Source: a virus
Lineage: Duplodnaviria; Heunggongvirae; Uroviricota; Caudoviricetes
Virus record (IMG/VR): IMGVR_UViG_2657245500_000002
Location: 1-9,668 of that record
DNA: 9,668 nt
Reading direction: 5' to 3' (one strand)
Part shown: one piece after another, positions 6,179-9,668 of the stretch
Position numbering within the stretch: position 1 is the first letter of the stretch
Layout of the letters: every line of letters begins with the position of its first letter
Notes under the pieces: generated by a model
What the model was told of the DNA's origin: nothing
The model's database searches: none
The model's input: the letters and a program-made list of their open reading frames with translations, nothing else
Made by a program: the position numbers and the translations under genes

Positions 6179-6512
6179 TTCACCCTCCTGAGGGTTGGTA
6201 ATTAAGGAGTTCTCCACGGGTCAGGTGGAGTGCGTGCGCCGGACACGGGTGAGCATCCGGCACTGACAGTTTACTGAAAAGGATATATCCCTGAAAAGTC
6301 AGGGCATAACACGAAAGCGCCCGGCGAAGTTAGTCTCTCTGTATAGGTCGTCATTAAATTTTCGTCGACCGCGCGCTTCCGGTTGTGGCACTCCGCGAAA
6401 TGGCGCGGCGGTAAGTATGGCGGGGTTATTCCTTCCCCGTTGAGGACACCGGGTTGTCAGGTTGACCATACGCTTAAGTGACAACCCCGCTGCAACGCCC
6501 TCTGTTATCAAT

Positions 6513-6570
6513 TTTCTGGTGACGTTTGGCGGTATCAGTTTTACTCCGTGACTGCTCTGCCACCCTTTTT
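6513..6570 (+). ncRNA. dicF: DicF small RNA (53 nt plus U-tract)
   Basis: tttctggtgacgtttggcggtatcagttttactccgtgactgctctgccaccc followed by TTTTT matches the DicF sRNA of the Qin dicB operon as recalled. It sits immediately upstream of dicB, as in Qin. Confidence 0.7.
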
Positions 6571-6574
6571 AAAG

Positions 6575-6735
6575 TGAATTTTGTGATGCGGTGAATGCGG
6601 CTATGCGCACGCGGAACAGTTAAAACCGTAAAGTGGTCTTTTACGGGGCGTAACGGGCATCCTTCTGTATTCCGGCGTTAATTGTTAACTGGTTAACGTC
6701 ACCTGGAGGCACCAGGCACCGCATCACAAAATTCA
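6575..6735 (+). repeat. 19-bp perfect long-range inverted repeat bracketing the dicF-dicB spacer
   Basis: 6575-6593 (tgaattttgtgatgcggtg) is the exact reverse complement of 6717-6735, with a 123-nt spacer. The left arm starts 5 nt after the DicF U-tract; the right arm ends 5 nt before the dicB SD (GAGGA 6741-6745). Confidence 0.6.
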
Positions 6736-6752
6736 TTGTTGAGGACGCGATA

Positions 6753-6941
6753 ATGGAAACGTTATTACCAAACGTTAATACGTCTGAAGGTTGTTTTGAT
6801 ATTGGTGTTCTGCTCAGTAACCGGGAGTTTACGGAAGATGCCATTAAGATGAGAAAATATGAACCTTATCTTCTCAATGATAATTCCATACTTTCCAGAA
6901 TTGCCCTTCTTGAACTTGGTATTATCGGAGAACAGCAGTGA
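6753..6941 (+). CDS. dicB: Cell division inhibitor DicB
   Basis: ORF track. ATG at 6753 with GAGGA 7 nt upstream. The 62-aa product METLLPNVNTSEGCFDIGVLLSNREFTEDAIKMRKYEPYLLNDNSILSRIALLELGIIGEQQ matches DicB in length and in the N-terminus as recalled (METLLPNVNTSEGCFEIGV...FTEDAI). Confidence 0.8.
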   Translation: METLLPNVNTSEGCFDIGVLLSNREFTEDAIKMRKYEPYLLNDNSILSRIALLELGIIGEQQ

Positions 6942-7126
6942 CTTCAGCATTTGCACTGGTGATGACCGTTTTTCTTATAACGGGTGAGCCACAAAATGTG
7001 ATTACCGGAATTTATGACAGTAAGTCATCCTGCATTCAGGTAAGGGACGAACAAAAAATCCCCGGTGAATGCCTCCCGTTAAAAAAAGTATCGCTGAACC
7101 TGAATAACGAAATACCGGCTGGATAA
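6938..7126 (+). CDS. ydfD: YdfD-like small membrane protein (lysis protein family in Qin)
   Basis: ORF track. GTG start overlaps the dicB stop (GTGA at 6938-6941). 62 aa with an N-terminal hydrophobic segment (SAFALVMTVFLITG). Assignment rests on position, size and features, not a verified alignment. Confidence 0.55.
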   Translation: MTSAFALVMTVFLITGEPQNVITGIYDSKSSCIQVRDEQKIPGECLPLKKVSLNLNNEIPAG

Positions 7127-7221
7127 CCCGCCAGCCATATTAACGCCATACCAACGGATTAAAAATGCCAGCAATGGCAGGGATTCGTTCACCCTGAAAT
7201 CTGTAATGAGGTTAAAACAAA

Positions 7222-9668
7222 ATGAGTAAAGTCTTTATTTGCGCCGCTATTCCTGACGAACTGGCAACAAGGGAAGAAGGCGCTGTGGCTGTAGCCACAG
7301 CCATTGAAGCTGGCGACGAACGCCGTGCTCGAGCAAAATTTCACTGGCAATTCCTGGAACATTATCCGGCTGCTCAGGACTGCGCTTATAAATTTATTGT
7401 CTGCGAGGATAAACCCGGCATACCCCGCCCTGCCCTCGATTCCTGGGATACCGAATATATGCAGGAAAATCGCTGGGATGAGGAGTCAGCTTCCTTTGTA
7501 CCGGTCGAACCTGAATCCGATCCGATGAACGTCAATTTTGACAAGCTGTCCCCTGAAGTACAGAACGCAGTCCTGGTTAAATTCGACACATGCGAAAACA
7601 TCACCGTTGATATGGTGATTAGCGCACAGGAATTACTACAGGAAGACATGGCAACATTCGGCGGACATATCGTTGAAGCGTTTATGAAAATGCCAGAAGT
7701 TAACTCCATGTATCCTGAACTTAAACTGCATGCCATCGGGTGGGTTAAGCATAAATGTGAGCCTGGCGCTAAATGGCCTGAAATTCAGGCAGAGATGCGC
7801 ATCTGGAAAAAACGCCGCGAAGGTGAACGCAAGGAAACCGGAAAATACACGTCTGTTGTTGATCTCGCCCGTTCCAGAGTAAACCAACAGAACACTGAAA
7901 ACGCTGCTGAAAAAAACGGAGCTGTCACTGTTGCCGTTCGCCGCGAATACAAACAGACATGGAAAACTCTCGACAATGAGCTGGCCTGCGCCCTCTGGCC
8001 CGGTGATGTGGATGCGGGAAACATTGACGGCAGCATCCATCGCTGGGCAAAAAATGAAGTTATCGACAACGACCGCGAAGACTGGAAGCGTATCTCGGCA
8101 TCAATGCGCAAACAGCCTGAAGCACTTGGCTATGACCGTCAGACTATTTTTGGCCTTGTCCGTGAACGTCCGATCGACATTCACAAAGATCCCGTGGCGC
8201 TGAACAAATACATCACTGAATACCTGACTACAAAGGGCGTGTTTGAAGATGAAGGAACAAATCAGAGCACAACTAATACTCTCCCGTCGCCAGTACCAGA
8301 AGCTGATGCAGTGGAAACGGCAATGCCGGACAACGAAAAAACCGAATGCAAAGTGGAAGTCGAACCATCTGTAGAGCGTGAGGGGCCGTTCTACTTCCTC
8401 TTCACCGACAAGGATGGCGAAAAATACGGTCGCGCAAACAAACTTTCTGGTCTGGATAAGGCGCTGGCTGCCGGGGCAACTGAAATCACGAAAGAAGAAT
8501 ATTTTGCCCGCAAAAACGGCACATACACAGGTTCACAACAAAATACTGATGCATCTGACACGACCGCACAACCAGACCTGGTAAAAGTTACCGCTGACGA
8601 AGTAAACAAAATTATGCAGGCAGCCAGTATCAGCCAGCCTGACGCCGATAAGTTGCTTGCTGCCTCTCGCGGAGAATTTGTTGCAGGGATTAGCGACCCG
8701 AATGATCCGAAATGGGTAAAGGGGATTGAAACCCGCGATTCTGTGCACCAGAACCAGTCAGAAACGGAACAGTACGACCAAAAAGCGGAACAAAACAGCC
8801 AAAATGCGTTACAAAACGAGCCAGAAACGAAACAACCTGAACCAGTAGTGCAACAGGAACCGGAAAAGATCTGCACCGCCTGCGGTCAGACCGGCGGCGG
8901 CAACTGCCCTGATTGTGGCGCGGTGATGGGCGACGCAACATACCAGGAAACATTCGATGAAGAGTATCAGGTTGAAGTTCAGGAAGATGATCCGGAGGAA
9001 ATGGAAGGCGCTGAACATCCACACAAGGAGAATGCTGGCAGCGCTCAGGATCACGCCAGCGATAGTGAAACTGGCGAGACGGCAGATCCCTTAATTACGG
9101 TGAACGGTCATCACGTTATCACATCCACCAGCAGGTTTTGGCACCATCTGATGATTGACCTTGAAACAATGGGCAAAAATCCTGATGCCCCGATTATCTC
9201 AATAGATGCAATATTTTTCGATCCGCAAACCGGAGATATGGGACCGGAATTTAGTAAGACTATCGATCTGGAAACTGCTGGCGGAGTCATTGATCGGGAC
9301 ACCATTAAATGGTGGCTTAAGCAATCACGCGAAGCGCAATCTGCCATTATGACCGATGAAATCCCGTTAGATGATCCGGAGGAAATGGAAGGCGCTGAAC
9401 ATCCACACAAGGAGAACACTGGCGGCAATCAGCATCACAATAGCGATAATGAAACTGGCGAGACGGCAGATCCCTTAATTACGGTGAACGGTCATCACGT
9501 TATCACATCCACCAGCAGGTTGTGGCACCATCTGATGATTGACCTTGAAACCATGGGAAAAAATCCTGATGCCCCGATCATCTCAATAGGTGCAATATTT
9601 TTCGATCCGCAAACCGGAGATATGGGACCGGAATTTAGTAAGACTATCGATCTGGAAACTGCTGGCGG
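7222..9668 (+). CDS. YdfE/RecE-like large exonuclease-family protein, 5' portion (at least 815 codons, no stop in window)
   Basis: Frame open from ATG 7222 (in-frame TAA at 7213-7215, GAGG 10 nt upstream) to the window end; absent from the ORF track because unterminated. N-terminus MSKVFICAAIPDELATREEG. Contains CxxC-x7-CxxC (8872-8916) and, from ~9100, a DnaQ-like DEDD Exo I motif (HHLMIDLETMG). Position after dicB-ydfD corresponds to ydfE of Qin or recE of Rac; the nuclease core lies beyond the window. Confidence 0.6.
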   Translation, partial: MSKVFICAAIPDELATREEGAVAVATAIEAGDERRARAKFHWQFLEHYPAAQDCAYKFIVCEDKPGIPRPALDSWDTEYMQENRWDEESASFVPVEPESDPMNVNFDKLSPEVQNAVLVKFDTCENITVDMVISAQELLQEDMATFGGHIVEAFMKMPEVNSMYPELKLHAIGWVKHKCEPGAKWPEIQAEMRIWKKRREGERKETGKYTSVVDLARSRVNQQNTENAAEKNGAVTVAVRREYKQTWKTLDNELACALWPGDVDAGNIDGSIHRWAKNEVIDNDREDWKRISASMRKQPEALGYDRQTIFGLVRERPIDIHKDPVALNKYITEYLTTKGVFEDEGTNQSTTNTLPSPVPEADAVETAMPDNEKTECKVEVEPSVEREGPFYFLFTDKDGEKYGRANKLSGLDKALAAGATEITKEEYFARKNGTYTGSQQNTDASDTTAQPDLVKVTADEVNKIMQAASISQPDADKLLAASRGEFVAGISDPNDPKWVKGIETRDSVHQNQSETEQYDQKAEQNSQNALQNEPETKQPEPVVQQEPEKICTACGQTGGGNCPDCGAVMGDATYQETFDEEYQVEVQEDDPEEMEGAEHPHKENAGSAQDHASDSETGETADPLITVNGHHVITSTSRFWHHLMIDLETMGKNPDAPIISIDAIFFDPQTGDMGPEFSKTIDLETAGGVIDRDTIKWWLKQSREAQSAIMTDEIPLDDPEEMEGAEHPHKENTGGNQHHNSDNETGETADPLITVNGHHVITSTSRLWHHLMIDLETMGKNPDAPIISIGAIFFDPQTGDMGPEFSKTIDLETAG
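8986..9668 (+). repeat. In-frame tandem duplication, 384-bp period, within the large exonuclease-like ORF
   Basis: Copy 1 is 8986-9369; copy 2 starts at 9370 and is cut by the window end. About 95% identical over the 299 bp visible, with differences clustered at ~9030-9065 versus ~9414-9449. Each copy encodes DDPEEMEGAEHPHKEN...HHLMIDLETMGKNPDAPIISI.AIFFDPQTGDMGPEFSKTIDLETAGG. Confidence 0.8.

Noticed and set aside
6289-6304. Possible lambda-type boxB (nut) hairpin CCCTGAAAAGTCAGGG
   Set aside because: The loop and stem do not match the lambda or P22 boxB consensus, no boxA-like element is adjacent, and no N homolog is present in the window.
6299-6956. Minus-strand ORFs 6299..6511, 6641..6844 and 6765..6956
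   Set aside because: The first lies in the GC-rich leader with Arg/Pro-rich product and no RBS. The other two are antisense to the DicF/dicB region.
7127-7221. 10-codon mini-ORF (ATGccagcaATGgcaggg...tga) between ydfD-like and the large ORF
   Set aside because: Too short and with no RBS; treated as intergenic.
7386-9428. Minus-strand ORFs 7386..7736, 7636..8040, 7785..8111, 8391..8876, 8533..8748, 8690..9022, 8809..9054 and 9111..9428
   Set aside because: All lie antisense within the long uninterrupted plus-strand exonuclease-like ORF. Products are Ser/Cys/Phe-rich and low-complexity, with no RBS support.
7222-9668. Calling the large ORF recE (exonuclease VIII) outright
   Set aside because: The PD-(D/E)XK nuclease core is not visible in the window, and the visible catalytic-type motif is DEDD-like. 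Kept as a RecE/YdfE-like exonuclease-family protein without a gene symbol.

Overview
The window reads as the immunity and early-gene core of a lambdoid (Rac/Qin-type) enterobacterial prophage. A DicA/RacR-like HTH repressor (4690-5109, +) is transcribed divergently from a YdaS-type Cro-like gene (4308-4589, -) across a 100-bp switch region with three TACC-N4-GGTA operator-like palindromes and two facing sigma70-like promoters. On the minus strand the operon continues: ydaT-like, an O-like replisome organizer carrying two arrays of 10-11-bp phased CGTGAC repeats, a lambda-P-like helicase loader, then nin-like small genes (DUF1627-like, HTH protein, DUF4406, small membrane protein, Cys-motif protein, Ea22-like truncated at the window start). 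On the plus strand downstream of the repressor: a palindromic terminator, a 50-aa YdfA/YdaF-like gene, an unrecognised 133-aa gene, a convergent minus-strand small-ORF pair, a ~330-bp GC-rich ORF-free leader, the DicF sRNA, dicB, a YdfD-like gene and a large YdfE/RecE-like exonuclease ORF that runs off the window end and contains a 384-bp in-frame tandem duplication. The best candidates for something undescribed are the unassigned genes between the repressor and dicF (the rex/sieB-equivalent slot), the 19-bp long-range inverted repeat bracketing the dicF-dicB spacer, the in-gene repeat arrays, and the duplicated exonuclease segment. All identifications come from reading the sequence and from recalled family features; no database search was run. 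Hand-derived coordinates (anything not taken from the ORF track) may be off by 1-2 nt; one hand count near 403-480 disagreed with the track by 1 nt.
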